DNA of 64,000 nt, taken from contig OZ059897.1 of assembly GCA_964057225.1 (NCBI GenBank), positions 16,864,001-16,928,000 of the forward strand, read 5' to 3'. Under the pieces are notes generated by a model. It was not told the DNA's origin, ran no database searches, and saw only the letters and a program-made list of their open reading frames with translations. This document shows positions 29,001 to 42,334 of the stretch, in pieces. The translations under genes and the position numbers were made by a program. The DNA comes from Auanema rhodensis (Eukaryota > Animalia > Nematoda). Position 1 is the stretch's first letter. Every line of letters begins with the position of its first letter.

Positions 29001-30428
29001 CAACAATAAAAGTTATTTTTAAAATAGAAAATATAGTACTAAATATAGTAGCTATTATGAATAAAATGTTTTTTTAAAATATATATCAATGTTTTTATTA
29101 GTAAATGTTGACTAATATTGTTTTTGTACATTTATGAAATAGATTCTGTAATTATTCATAAACTTTTTAAATTCTAATTTCAACCGATTTTTGAACCGAA
29201 AATTTTAAAGATAAGACTTGAAAATCAGGTATTTTTTTCAATTTTTTTTGCTGATAATATAAAAATGAATCGGATTCCGCTTGAACTTTTTTGTCCAAGC
29301 GGTCAGAAAACAGCATAGTTTTATATGGCCTAATAAAATTGAATGAATTGAGTTGATATATTCTTGAGGTAATACAAAAAATATCAAATGATAAAACAAA
29401 TTATATAACACATAGGTTTAGATTAAATAAAATCAATTAATCAAGGAAAGGAAAAACGAATAAGTTGATTTAAAAATTGTTCGAACATTAAAAACGATTG
29501 AAAGATTAATTTGATTGTTAACTATTATCAGTTGGGTCAAGCTTTTGATAAAAAGAGAAGAAAACACGGAAATTGTGACCGAGATGCTGGACATCTTAAC
29601 TACATTTATAAAATTTAATCACAAACCTTTCGATCACATTTATTGATAAAAGCGAAAAATGATACCATCAACATGAAATAATGAATAGAAGAAATGATTA
29701 ATAAAGTAAAATAAATATGCATAAAATGAATTAATTATAAAAAAATAAAAGTTTGGGACACAGGTATACATTATATATTATATATATAAAAAACGTAGTG
29801 ATAGTGAAAGTATGAGAAAAAGAGAACAAGAAAAACTTTTTTACTGGTAACCAATTCTATATATCTTCAGCAGATCTGAACAGTCATATCTACATACGAA
29901 ATAGAGAAAATAGAAAGAGAAAGGGAGGATAGAAATCGCTTTCTGCGCTAAAACCTGGACAGGTTTAAGGATTTTTTAGAGATGACCCCTGGGAACAGGT
30001 TGAGAAGTGCGAAGACCCTTTAAGTTCTTCCTTAACGACGTTCTGATGGAATCTACTGTCTGTGAGGATTATCGAACTCCACATGGTGTCAGCTAAAAGG
30101 GCAACAGATACATTTAAAAAAAGAAAAAATATTATGACATACCCAGTTTTTCCTGAAAAATAATATCATGTCATTAATATAACTAAAATTAAATTTTACT
30201 ATGTTTTCACATAAAAAGTTATTTTTTTTATTTCGCATTAAAGCCCAATCAAAATTTTAATTAGCAATTATCATTTCCTTTGGTTCCATGCACTCCGTTT
30301 ACCAGCGTAAATATGCATAGTTCACCCCAAAGATAATTTAACATTGTTATTGCATCAAAAAGGTTTTTAAGTTTCTTAATAATTATAAAATCTTTTATTT
30401 TTTTTATTTTTTTTATATTCAGGTAAAA

Positions 30429-31868
30429 ATGGGCTCTGGACAATCCCAACAGGCCCCAGTTGCACCAGCAACGGTTAGTTTATATTTTTTTTAATGTCTT
30501 TTAAAAATATACATACTATCACTTATTTTATTTTATTTTACTCATATCTTATGCTGTTTTCAAAATTAAAAATATTTTAGTTCTAGATTTTTATTTTAAA
30601 ACGTTCGATTTTTTAAAATATAATGTTCTCAGTATTAAGATTCTATCACATTTTTATTATCATTTTGCCTTCAACTTTTGCTTTTACATATCTTTCGTAT
30701 TACAGGAACTTTCTGAAGGTGAACGATTAAAGAATGCTCGACGTAATTTAGCCCAAGTTGCTTCTACTGGTTAGTTAATTTTTGGTGACATTATGAAAGC
30801 ATATTATCTTATTCAGGAAGTAGCGAATGTCCTTCCGGAGGAGGTGCATCTTATTCTGAGTGTCCCTCAGCCGGGGGCCAATGCCCAGTTGGCAAAGATG
30901 TTATTAATCCAACAAATAATGTATATTACTTTTTTTAAGAATTTTCTTCATTAATATTATTCAGGAACTCGAGCATCCTAACCAAAAGCCTGCCCCTGAT
31001 CAACCATTTCCTCTTCCTACCAACCGAGAAAAATCGACGATTCCTAAGGTTCTGTTTAGTTTTCTTTCAATTGTGATTTTCTTTTTTAGATTGGACCTAC
31101 TGAAAGTGAAACATGGACTTACCCTAGTCCTCAAATGTTTTGGAATGCTATGTTAAAGTATATTATTTTATTTTTTAAATTATTTCAATGTTGGTTTTTA
31201 GAAAAGGATGGAGATGGCAAGATGATCAGTTATCTGAAAAGGATATGATGAATATTATCAAGTAAGATTAAGTTAATTTATTCTTTTCACTTATTTTTGA
31301 TATTTTAGAATTCACAATGCCAATAATGAAGAAGCCTGGAGAGAAGTAATGAAATGGGAACATCTTCTTCATCCGTAAGATTTTATAAATACATATATGT
31401 TTCATTAAAATATATACTTTTTCAGCGATTGTGCTACACCTAAATTAAAAAGCTTCAAAGGAGATGCCAAGAACTTTTCCCCTCGAGCTCGCATGCGTAA
31501 ACTTTTAGGCTATGAATATCCATTTGACAGACATGACTGGATTATTGATAGATGTGGAACTGAGGTACAAATATTATTTAATATGAAAAGTATATTTTCT
31601 TCTAGGTTCAATATGTTATTGATTATTACGATGGAGGAGCAGTTGATCCTGATTCAAAATTATTTACGCATTTAGATGTACGTCCAGCTATAAACAGACC
31701 ACAAAATATTTGGGATAGAATGGTATAATTTAGAAAGGGTTTTGACATATTCAATTTAATTATGTTTAGGTTGTTGCCTATTGGCGATTCAAATTTGAAA
31801 CTCTAGGAATGACTCCCCAACTTCCCATACCTCCTGTAGAAGGAGGAGCAGAATCTCATCATAAATGA
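30429..31868 (+). CDS. cchl-1: Holocytochrome c synthase (cytochrome c heme lyase, HCCS)
   Basis: MGSGQSQQ N-terminus (myristoylation-like), three CP heme-regulatory motifs (ECPSG, ECPSA, QCPVG), [89 protein letters not shown]. Stop 31866-31868. Confidence 0.96.
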
Positions 31869-32078
31869 GTAAATACATAGTTAAGAACATTTCTGAATAT
31901 TTGCTTTAGTACACTGTATTAGAAGTCAACAATTTAAAATTACTTTGATCAAATCCCAGTGTTTATGTTTGTCTTTTGATATCACTAGTTAGTTAGATAA
32001 TTGTTAGGAATTGAAAGGAATATATTTGTTTTATAGTTTCACCTTGTTTCTTGCGTTTGTTGAATATGATCGTTATCA

Positions 32079-32207
32079 AATAAAGTTTTTAGATTTATAA
32101 ACTGAAATAGTATGTATATATAATGAATTATGTTATTTATCATGAATTATATAAATACTTGAAATACAAATATTAGGAGAGTTTAACATGTATCCAATTT
32201 TTTAGGG
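32079..32207 (+). promoter_or_regulatory. Operon-type intercistronic region: cchl-1 poly(A) signal followed by the cox-15 trans-splice acceptor
   Basis: AATAAA 32079-32084; TTTTTAG ending at 32205, 2 nt before the ATG. About 100 nt separate the predicted 3' end from the acceptor. Confidence 0.65.
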
Positions 32208-33811
32208 ATGTCACTCCTATTAAAAACATTTGCAAGAACAAATCTAAATTCATCATTATTGAGCAGAAGTGTGATCAATGTGAGAAGTCAATTCAAGATC
32301 ATGTCAGTTTCTTGTATTATATTTTCCAAAATTTATTTTGCTTATAGTACCGTTCCAAGTAGAACTTTTGGTTCAAACTATTCTCATTTAACTGATACTC
32401 AGAGAAAAAGAATTGGATGGTGGCTATTTGGTTGTGCTGGAATGTGCTATGGAGCTGTAGCTTTGGGAGGTTTGACCAGGTACTAATTCTTCCATTAGCC
32501 ATTTTTTTTTCTCAAATACAACTTTAGACTTACGGAATCTGGATTGAGTATGGTTAACTGGGATTTGTTTAAGACTATGAAACCACCTTTCAATCAAAAA
32601 GAATGGTTAATTGAGTTTGAACGTTACAAACAGTTCCCAGAATACAAGCAGTATGTTTTGTGCTTCATTAATTAAAATATTTATTATAATTTAGTAAATC
32701 TTCTTCTGAAGAAATGACTTTGGGTCAATTTAAATTTATTTGGACCATGGAATATCTTCATCGCATGTGGGGAAGAACTATTGGAATTGTAATTTCTATC
32801 TTGATACTTCATTTAATTTGAGATTTCTAAGGCTTTCCTTGTTCCTTGTGCTTATTTCTGGGCACGTGGACGTTTCTCTCCATCTATGAAACGACGAATG
32901 GTTGCCTGTACTGCTCTTCTTCTGACTCAAGTCATTATTATCTTGTAGAAAATCTTTATATTTCAAGATTTATTTAGGGTGGTGTTGGATGGTGGATGGT
33001 TAAATCAGGATTGGATCCTTCAAATAATTCAGAATCAAGCATTCCACGTGTATCACAATATCGTTTAGCAACTCATCTTTCCTTGGCTTTTGTTCTATAT
33101 TCACTTTTCTTCTATAATGGACTTCAGCATATATTGAAACCCGTTGATGTGAGTTTAATTTCTTGTTTTATCCATGCTCAAAGTTACGTTTTAAGCTCAG
33201 CAATGTTCAAAAGTTAGGTAAAATGAGAGCTTTAGCTCATTCTTCCAAAGGCCTTGTGTTTGTAACTGCTCTTATGGGTGAGCTTTTTCTGTTCTATAAA
33301 TTTACTGGAGGATTTTCAGGTGCTTTTGTTGCCGGATTAGATGCTGGCTTGGTTTACAACTCTTGGCCTAAATTTGCTGACAAGTGGATTCCTGAAAATC
33401 TTCTTTCACGTTCACCTACCTGGAAAAATTTCTTTGAAAATGATGTAACTGTTCAATTCATTCACAGAAACTTGGTTTGTAGAATATTATAATTATTTCA
33501 ATGTCAATTAAATTCTTTAGGCTTATTTAACTCTTCTTTCAATCACTGCTACATGGATAGCTGGACGACGTGCCAATTTACCTCGTAGAGCACGTATTGC
33601 TCTGAATTGTACTGTAGGAATGGCTTACACTCAAGCAGCTCTTGGAGTTAGTACATTGGTAAAGGATTTAATCGAATTTTCAAGGTTTAATACAAATATT
33701 CAGCTGATGTATGTACCTGTATGGCTAGCTGCTCTTCATCAGAGTGGATCAATGGCATTAGTTTCATTTTCATTGTGGCTAACAAAGGAGTTGAAGAGAC
33801 TTCCTAAGTAA
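32208..33811 (+). CDS. cox-15: Heme A synthase COX15
   Basis: Mitochondrial presequence, then [104 protein letters not shown]. Confidence 0.96.
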
Positions 33812-34606
33812 ATTTAGTAAATTTAGTCATTAGTTCTAGTCGTAATTGACTAAATGTACAGGTAGCATCTATTGATTAGAAATATTCGATCTGTCTCGTA
33901 GTTCATCATACATACCTTTGTTATTGTTTTTTCACATTGTTAATAAGAAATATCTTGTTGAAAACTTGTTGATCATTTGAATAAACTAATTTTCTTTCTG
34001 TAAAAATTTCAGAAGATTATCAAAATTTAAAAAATAATTCAATCGATCAGCGATCTTTTACCGGTTTATCGAGAGAGGAGTAGCAGCAGCATGATTAACT
34101 CTGTACAATTTGAATTTATCAAACCCAGAACGGTTAAGATGTAATGAAACATTTGGAACATAGAGAATAATGTAATAGCTAATACTTATGTCCTCTTGTA
34201 TTAGACAATTGCGGTATTTAGACAGACCAAATCGTTCAGTTCTTGATTACGACATGGTTGTTTGCCGGATCTATGTCGGACTGAGGGATTTAGGTTTAAA
34301 ATCATCATACTGTCATCATGAAATTATAAATCCCTATTCATTCTTTCTCATTTCTCTTTATATTTTAGGACAATACTGTCTCTTTATTATAAATAATTCC
34401 CTCTCACTCTCACCTCAATAACGTTGCGTTTTCCTTCTCATTTTTTACCCTTTCATTCATTTCCTGTATTTTGGCCTATAGTGTCTGACAGTAGAATAAC
34501 TATAGTTTAACTTGAAACTAATGCTTTAATAATAATATTTTCAATATTTAAACACTTATTTCTTACTTATTTACTAAATATTTTGAATAATATTATATTA
34601 ATTAAG

Positions 34607-35059
34607 ATGAATAATGCCATTATTGTGGTTATTATCTGCTGCTCATTTGTGGTGGCTGCCGAAGATGATCTGGTATGCTACTGATTTCTCAAATGAAAAT
34701 TTTCTTTTTTCTATTAATTCATGTAAATTTTTTATATTTTTATACTTTACTTTAAACTTTAGATTGATTTTGGTAATGGTGAATTAATAATAACAACTAC
34801 AACTTCGTCTCCTATTCTTTCTCCTAATACTTGTCAATGGTTGGCTTGGAGTGAATGGACAGCATGCTCTGATCAATGTGGATCATGTGGAGTTCATATG
34901 AGAACAAGAACTTGTTTAACTACAACATTTACATGCACATGTGAAGGGTTAGTCATTCTTCATAGATTTCTGAATAATTCTCAATAAAAAAGGAAAATTA
35001 TGCATCTTCTGCAAGGAAAAAGAGAAAAATACCTTGAGTGACTATGAAAGAGAAAGAGA

Positions 35060-35096
<37 letters not shown>

Positions 35097-35236
35097 AGAT
35101 TAAGTCCAACCTCATAAATTCAGGAGAAGGTATGAAACACTGTTATAAGTATTATAAAAATATAATATGTTTCAAAACATGTTTTTCTATAATTATATAA
35201 AAATAAATAAGTTAAGATTTGTTTTTATAATTTCTC

Positions 35237-35288
<52 letters not shown>

Positions 35289-35797
35289 TTGTTTTATAAT
35301 AATTAGTACAAAACAAACATTATTTTTTTACAAATTTGTATTAGTTATTATCCAAATATTTATTATATAATATAATATATTTAAAAGATTATTATAATAT
35401 TATTAAAATTTAGAGAATCAACTCTTATTGAACATTGTAATTTGGAAATTTGTCGTTATCCAAGAACAACCTGCTGTAATAATCTAAAGGTAATCAAACT
35501 CATATAATTCAAAATTCAATTATAATGAACACTGAGAAAAATATTTTTTTTTCTAAATAAGTAAAACTAATCGCTTAATACATGATTCATAAAATTATTT
35601 GATCAAAAAATCGAAATTGCAAAAGTTGTGCTGAATTTGTATTATAATCCTTCAATCCATTTAACAAATTTATGATGATATTCATTATAATTAGGTTAAA
35701 AACTTTTTTAAATAATTAAAAAAATAATTTTAAAATATTATTTTAGGTACAATCACTGAAAGGACGATTTGCATGCTTAGCAGATAATTCCAAATGA
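34607..35797 (+). CDS. Small secreted thrombospondin type-1 repeat protein (~125 aa, 4 exons)
   Basis: Signal peptide MNNAIIVVIICCSFVVA; CQWLAWSEWTACSDQCGSCGVHMRTRTC...CTCEGES...CNLEICRYPRTTCC...GRFAC. Exons 34607-34672, 34763-34947, 35414-35489, 35747-35797 stay in frame. Confidence 0.88.
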
Positions 35798-36296
35798 AGT
35801 TTCTGAATTTCCTTTATGATTAGTAAAAATATTTTCTTTGATTCACGTATGTTCTAAATGAAACATAGAAATTGAATTTTTTATTTATTTTGGAAATATT
35901 GTTTGAAAAATTTTTAATTTACAATGAAAATATAAGTTATAAATACATAAATAGTATATTAAATTTAATTTTAGAAAGAAAAATAAGATAATTTAAGAAA
36001 TAATTCAAATAATTATTCAAATTGCATGTGCGTCAATCAGAAGAGTGTGAGAGAGAGAGAGACAATAAGGATTAAATAAGGTTTTAGGTAGAAGGGAATC
36101 ATAAATTCTTCCAAATTTTTTATTAAAATACTTGAGATCATTGGAGAATATCAGATTAACACATCAATATTCAGAATAAAGATTAAGATATGAGTGGTTA
36201 CTTCTCATCATCTATCGTCAAGATTTTTTTAAAAAAAAATGTTTCTGACTTTTAAAATTCCAAAGATTGTTGGAATTTAAGATGGTAAGAAGATAA

Positions 36297-37178
36297 TTAA
36301 AACCTTTGGATAACTATTTCAGTACCCAAAGCTTCATCAATGCTTGCTCTACCACTATCTGAAGCAAAATCCTTTTCATCATTATCTGATAGTTCGTCTT
36401 CTTTGTCGTCCATCAGTGCTCTTTCTTCTAATAATCGTCGCAATATACTCGAGTTGTCAAGAGCTGTTATAGCATCAGGGGGACGAGGTGGTGGATTACG
36501 CTAAATTTCAAACAAAAATAATATTTTATATGAAATAAGTATAAATTAGTAAATCATAATATTAATTATGAAATATTTTATAATTATTTTCATAAAAATA
36601 TTTAAAAAAAATCAAAAAACTAATTTTTTAAATTAAATTTACAGTAATGTTCTGTTAATTTTACCTTTAGAAGACGTGAATTATCGACGCTGTTAATTCG
36701 GATTACGGTCACATGTGCGTTTTCTCGTGGAGACTCATCATCAGAATCGAATGAATTCTGCTCTTTTGTCTGATTATGACGAAATTTAGAAGATAGACGA
36801 CGCAATGCTGATAATGGTCCTACAGAAACAAACAGAATTCTATCAAATGTTTTGATCAGATGATGTACCAGAGCTGGATTTTGATTCTGCATTTGCAATG
36901 AAGCGCTTTGTTAAGACTTTATGTATAAGACTCTGCCACATATCTTCTGGTGATTCTTGAAATACAGGTGATCCATTAATGAATACACGTCCTTCAGGTG
37001 TATAACTATAAATAAATATAATATTTAAAGTATAATTTGTTTTTATAAATAGATAATTGAATTGAAATTGAACTTACGTTCGACTGTCCTTTTTACGTCT
37101 TTCTGCATAAAGAGAACTTTGTCGGGCTGCTCCATAAAACTCAACGGAATCAGATCCGCCATTCATCATACCAATCAT
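36297..37178 (-). CDS. Uncharacterised ~200-aa protein (4 exons)
   Basis: In-frame spliced model MIGMMNGGSDSVEFYGAARQ...YTPEGRVFINGSPVFQESPEDMWQSLIHKVL...GPLSALRRLSSKF...RNPPPRPPDA...GTEIVIQRF*, with a TTTAG acceptor just upstream of the ATG. Confidence 0.72.
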
Positions 37179-38782
37179 TTTGAAATATATAAGCCTAAAG
37201 TAAAATTGTAAAAGAAACTTTGTTTTTAAAACAAAACAAATGAACTTTAAAAGTAAAAAAATAAATAGAAAAAGCTTTCAAAAGGAAATAAATGTTAGCG
37301 GAAATCAAAAGAAAAAGAAAATAAAAATGGTTTATGATATTGGTGATGTTGATTAAGATTGCTATGTGATGATGAAGTGATGGAGTGTAGTGGAAATAGA
37401 TGGAAAGTAGAAAAGGGTTGTTGAGATGAAAGAGAGGGATGAAAGAATGATGAATGATAAATTGATATCAATATGACAATCTTATAACCAGAACTACGTA
37501 AAATCTTTTCAAAATCTCATTTTTTAAGAAAGATATTCATATATATATATATAGTTAGCTAAGCTAACTATATCATAGTTAATATACTTTGATTTCAAAA
37601 AAAAAAGAAGAAATTTGGGTCATGAATGAGGAATGTTAAAGACTTCCATCTCCTTTTTATGGTTTTATATAGCTGCTGCTCATAGAATCTTATTGAAATT
37701 TGCTAAAAGATATTTGCCAAATAATTTTGAAATAGTCTCCGCCTATTTTTGTTCTTTCAGAATACCCTCTTCTGTTGTAACTTAGTCAAATATCTCTCTT
37801 ATTTTCATTCACTTTCCATTTAATTTTTCATTTTATTCCTTAAATTTTAGTTTCTGATGTTTTTTCTACGTGCAAATTATGAGGATGAGCCAGTTTAGTT
37901 AGTACAATTAATTTAATAGTTTGGAAAAGATTTCCAAATTTCACTGAAGAACATACTGAATAAACATGAAAATTCTCAAATAATAGTTAAATAAAACGAC
38001 GGAAATATATAAGAAATATACTGTAAAAATAATTAATTATAGAAAAACATGTGGTTATAATAAAAAAAAAAAAGAAAGTTGTCCTTAACTATACTAACTA
38101 TACTATAAGTATTATTATAGTACATATAGTTAATATAATTATACTATATAGACTATTAACTTATAAAGAATTTTATTGATTATTTTTCTTATATTTAAGT
38201 AAATTATGAATAATTTCCTTTTTTTTTATATTAGTAATAATAGTGCAAATTATGTTGTTGACACATACTACATGTATGACAATTTTGACAAATAATTTGA
38301 TGAATTTAACAAATTCTGATAATATTTTCAAATAAGAAGATATAATTTATAATTAATTAATTAATAACAATTATAATGTCTAAATAAAAATTAATATAAT
38401 ATATATATATATATATATAAATTAAAATTATTTTAACTAATTGAAAAATGAAAGATAGAAAACGATTTATTGATGTGTTCTTGGAATGATACTGGAAAGA
38501 CATATGAGAAAAGATTATATTTGTCTATATGGATGTATGATGTGAAATATCAATTAATCTTATTAAATTACATAAAATAATAATTATTAATTTATAATTT
38601 ATAATATAAATAATTATATAATAAAGAAAATTAAATATAAATACATAGTTAAAGAATGTAGACAAGAGACTAACCATCAATATCCTTAACAAACATAAAA
38701 AGAAAAGAAAAAGATGTTTAAATGGTCAGAATAAAACGGGAAAAAGACTATTCCAATGGAATATTCATAGTGAATAAGAGAA

Positions 38783-38817
<35 letters not shown>

Positions 38818-40273
38818 GGCTGGATACTGGAAGAAAATTAAGAATATAAAAAGAAATAATAATTGAATGTAATAAATTTAAAAAAAAAAGAATTAAAAAG
38901 GCTTGATCATATGATATATCATATAACTAAAGTATTTACTTTATATTCTATTTTCAACTCATTAAAATATTTTAAAATGTTCTATTATAAAAGAAATAGT
39001 TAATTAGATCAAATAAAAAAGAAATATTATTTGGCAAATCATGAAAATTAAAAGAGAGAAAAGAGAAAAACTCTCTCAGATCTTTTTTTTTCCCGAAAAT
39101 TTGATTCATTTCGAGTAGTTTTCAGATATTTGATAAATCATTTTTGCATTGTCTTTGGCGAATAGTTTATAGTCTTGTCGTTGATTATCTGCAATCTACC
39201 TGATCGTTCTTGTGTCCAGTATGTCGTCATATGAACGACGTTGACGTATTTTCTTTACACAGAAGAATTTGCAGCAACTAGCACATCATCAAGTTCATAT
39301 TAAGGAAAAGACACACATATATAGTAGCATGTCTGCAGCATAGTCTGTATAACATCATGTATATATCGTTTTTCACTTTTATTTTTCAAATTTTGATACG
39401 AAAAATTTGTTTTTTTTTGTGTTTTGTGGACAATGATCTGATGTGTAGTGTTTTAGACAAGAATCATTAGAAATGTCAAATCTTTTCCGCGAAATGACTC
39501 ACTTGAGAAGTTCTTTCTGTGTTTTATTTTCAAATTAACATCTAATATAATTGAATTATGAAAGATAAAAAGAAAAGAAGAAAGAACAGAGAATATATAT
39601 TATGACGTATTTTTAAAATATTATATTATGACGTCATTTTTTCAAATAATATCATCTTATACATATCATTATTGTACTCAAATGTTAAATAGTACTTAAA
39701 GACATGTCACATTCTTCTTTTACATCACGTTTTCTAATGGAATTTTTGAAAAACAACGTTTTCTTTTTCTTTCCTTTTTTTTTTGTAATTTTATAAAAAG
39801 AGGAAGTATGAATATATAAATAATAGTATTATTACTTTTCTTTTATTAATATTTCATAATATTTTATATATATTTAACTAAAATATCTTAAAAATGTTTT
39901 ATTTTCTATTTGAAAAAAAAAGAAGAAAAAACTGAAATGTAATTGATTGATCTTCTTATTTTTGTAGTTTTTTTTTCTGAGAACAAATTACATTGTGAGA
40001 TATAATAATAGATCAATTGTTTCAAAAGAAGTTTATATATCTTATATGAAAACATTTATCTAAAAATCTTTAAAAAAGATGTTAAATCTATTTATTTTAT
40101 AAATTTAATTAATAAACATATTATTATTATTATTATTGTGTTCTTTTTATATTTTTTTTTGTTTTGTAAAAATATTTAAATATTTTTAAAATTTTCTTTT
40201 TGTATTTTAATTAAAAAATAATTTTATATTATTATAGGATTTTCTCTTTAAAATTACAATAATATCTTCAAAT

Positions 40274-41606
40274 ATGTGTCAAGAAACAGATATTTCTAGA
40301 AAAAATGTAATTTTTAAAATTATTTTAATTTTAATAATTTTTTAATAAATTTAGATAAAACTTCATGAATTATTATCTCATATTAGTCCAGCATATAATG
40401 AACTTATTTCATATAAGGTATTTAATTATTATATTATTTGATAATAATAATATATTTAAGGTAAAACCAAGTATATTAGGTTTATCTGTTTTGGGACAAA
40501 ATCCTATTGTTAAGAATTTCTGGATAAGTCGATTTACAGTTAAATCCGCATCGCACATAACTTTTCGAGATGAAGTGATTTTGAAGTTTTTTGTAAAGAA
40601 ATTATCCGGAAATGTTTTGTTTTTCAGAAATTATATGAAATAACATCAGAATATGATGAATCATCATTGAAAAACAGGATTGAATCAGAATTAAACAACA
40701 TTGAATTCCAAGAATCAACTGTTTTATTTACAAAATTATTGGATTTTGAGGTATATTTAGATAAATATTATTATAAAAAAATCTAATTTTTCAGAATAAG
40801 TTTACATCCAATCAATATGAAATCTTTAAAAAATATTTACGTTTCATTAAGTTTATATCTCCAACTTTATGCTTTAAGAAAGAAATTGAATGTTCATTAC
40901 AAACATTAGATGAACTATTATTGGTAATTTTCTTTATAAAAAATATTTATAATTTATAATAATTTATAGAAAACAAATGCAATTGGATTAGATTTAATTA
41001 ATAATGAAAAAACTTTATTAATTAACAATCAATTATTTGATTTAGAATCTGTTAAACAGGTAAATAAATAAATAATTATTATTAAAATATAATTATATAT
41101 TTTCAGTTAAAAGTATTAATAGTTCCTAATATTCCAATTGTTTCAAAACAATTTTTTGAATTAAAATGTGTTCGTATGAAATTAAATATTCATAATCTTA
41201 CGGATAAAGATATTCGATCATATTTACAGGTAATTTATAATATTAAATATATAATTTATATATTTTTATTTTTTAGTTAATTAAAGAAAATAAACAATCA
41301 AATTTGGAATATTGTAGTTTAAGTTTTAATATTTTACAATATTGGACATATGAACGATTAAAAAATATAATTGAAAATATATGTGATGGTTTTATATTAC
41401 CATTTATGATTAATAATATATCTTGTAATATAATTAATTTAAATAATATGAAACAATATCGTAATTCTTCTCAAATATTTGTAATTTTTTTAAAAAATAA
41501 TGAAAAAATGTATGTTTTATTTACTGAAAATATTATAATTATAACTAAAAAATGTGATTTATATAATACAAATATAACATGTAATACACAATTATTTATA
41601 AAATAA
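40274..41606 (+). CDS. Very AT-rich lineage-specific protein, loosely F-box-associated (FBA_2)-like
   Basis: About 8 exons joined in frame by short GT-AG introns (MCQETDISRKN|IKLHELL...|...LKVLIVPNIPIVSKQFFELKCVRMKLNIHNLTDKDIRSYLQ|LIKENKQSNLEYCSLSF...). The family call rests on pattern resemblance only. Confidence 0.6.
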
Positions 41607-41804
41607 ATAATTGTTTATTAGATTATAATTATTATTTTAAAATATTATTATTATTATTATTATATTGTTTATAATAAATATATTGATTTATAAATATTTA
41701 TTTTATATAAATGATATATAATACAATTAATATATGAGGTATAAAGTTTTTTTTTTATTGAAAAAATATTTGTATAGATGGATATTCAGAAGGAACAACG
41801 AAAT

Positions 41805-42258
41805 TTAACGCTTGTGTTCATGATTATCTCCGCAGGTACCTAAAATGAATGAAGTTCAATCATTGATCATCATGATTTAATGAAATTTTTCAATTCAGAA
41901 ATATCTATTGATTAAGAAGAATATGGATTTTATATAGAAAAGTACTTGGAAAATAAATTTTTTTTTTTATTTTCAAAAAAAAGTTTTATAAATCTTAAGT
42001 TTTGATTGTTTAGAATATAAGCATTAAAAAGTTCTTTTTTTTGGATTTTCATCAAATTCTTAAGTTGTTTTAGTAAAACTTACCGGTTTTCTTTTCACCG
42101 TTACAGCAAGTAGTTTCCGAGCATTTGCACATGGTATCACATTTACAGTCAGATCCACATTTGCAGTTGTCTCCGCACTTGCAATTAGCTCCACATTTAC
42201 AGTCTAATATTTAAAATATTATTATAATAATTAAATATAACATACTAGTACAGGCCAT
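41805..42258 (-). CDS. Metallothionein, 55 aa, 3 exons
   Basis: Exons 42258-42246, 42203-42084 and 41839-41805 give MACTNCKCGANCKCGDNCKCGSDCKCDTMCKCSETTCCNGEKKTGTCGDNHEHKR*: 14 Cys, five CKC motifs, no aromatic residues. Confidence 0.9.
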
Positions 42259-42326
42259 TATGATGAATTAGAAGGATATGAGTTGTCGTAGAGAAGACAC
42301 ACTGTAAATGTCCAATTAAATTTTTG

Positions 42327-42334
42327 CTTTTATA
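42327..42334 (-). promoter_or_regulatory. TATA box (TATAAAAG) of the metallothionein gene
   Basis: Consensus TATA about 70 nt upstream of the ATG. Confidence 0.65.

Noticed and set aside
38807-38819. G13 run (and C12 at 19159-19170) as G-quadruplex elements
   Set aside because: Short simple homopolymers with nothing else supporting function.
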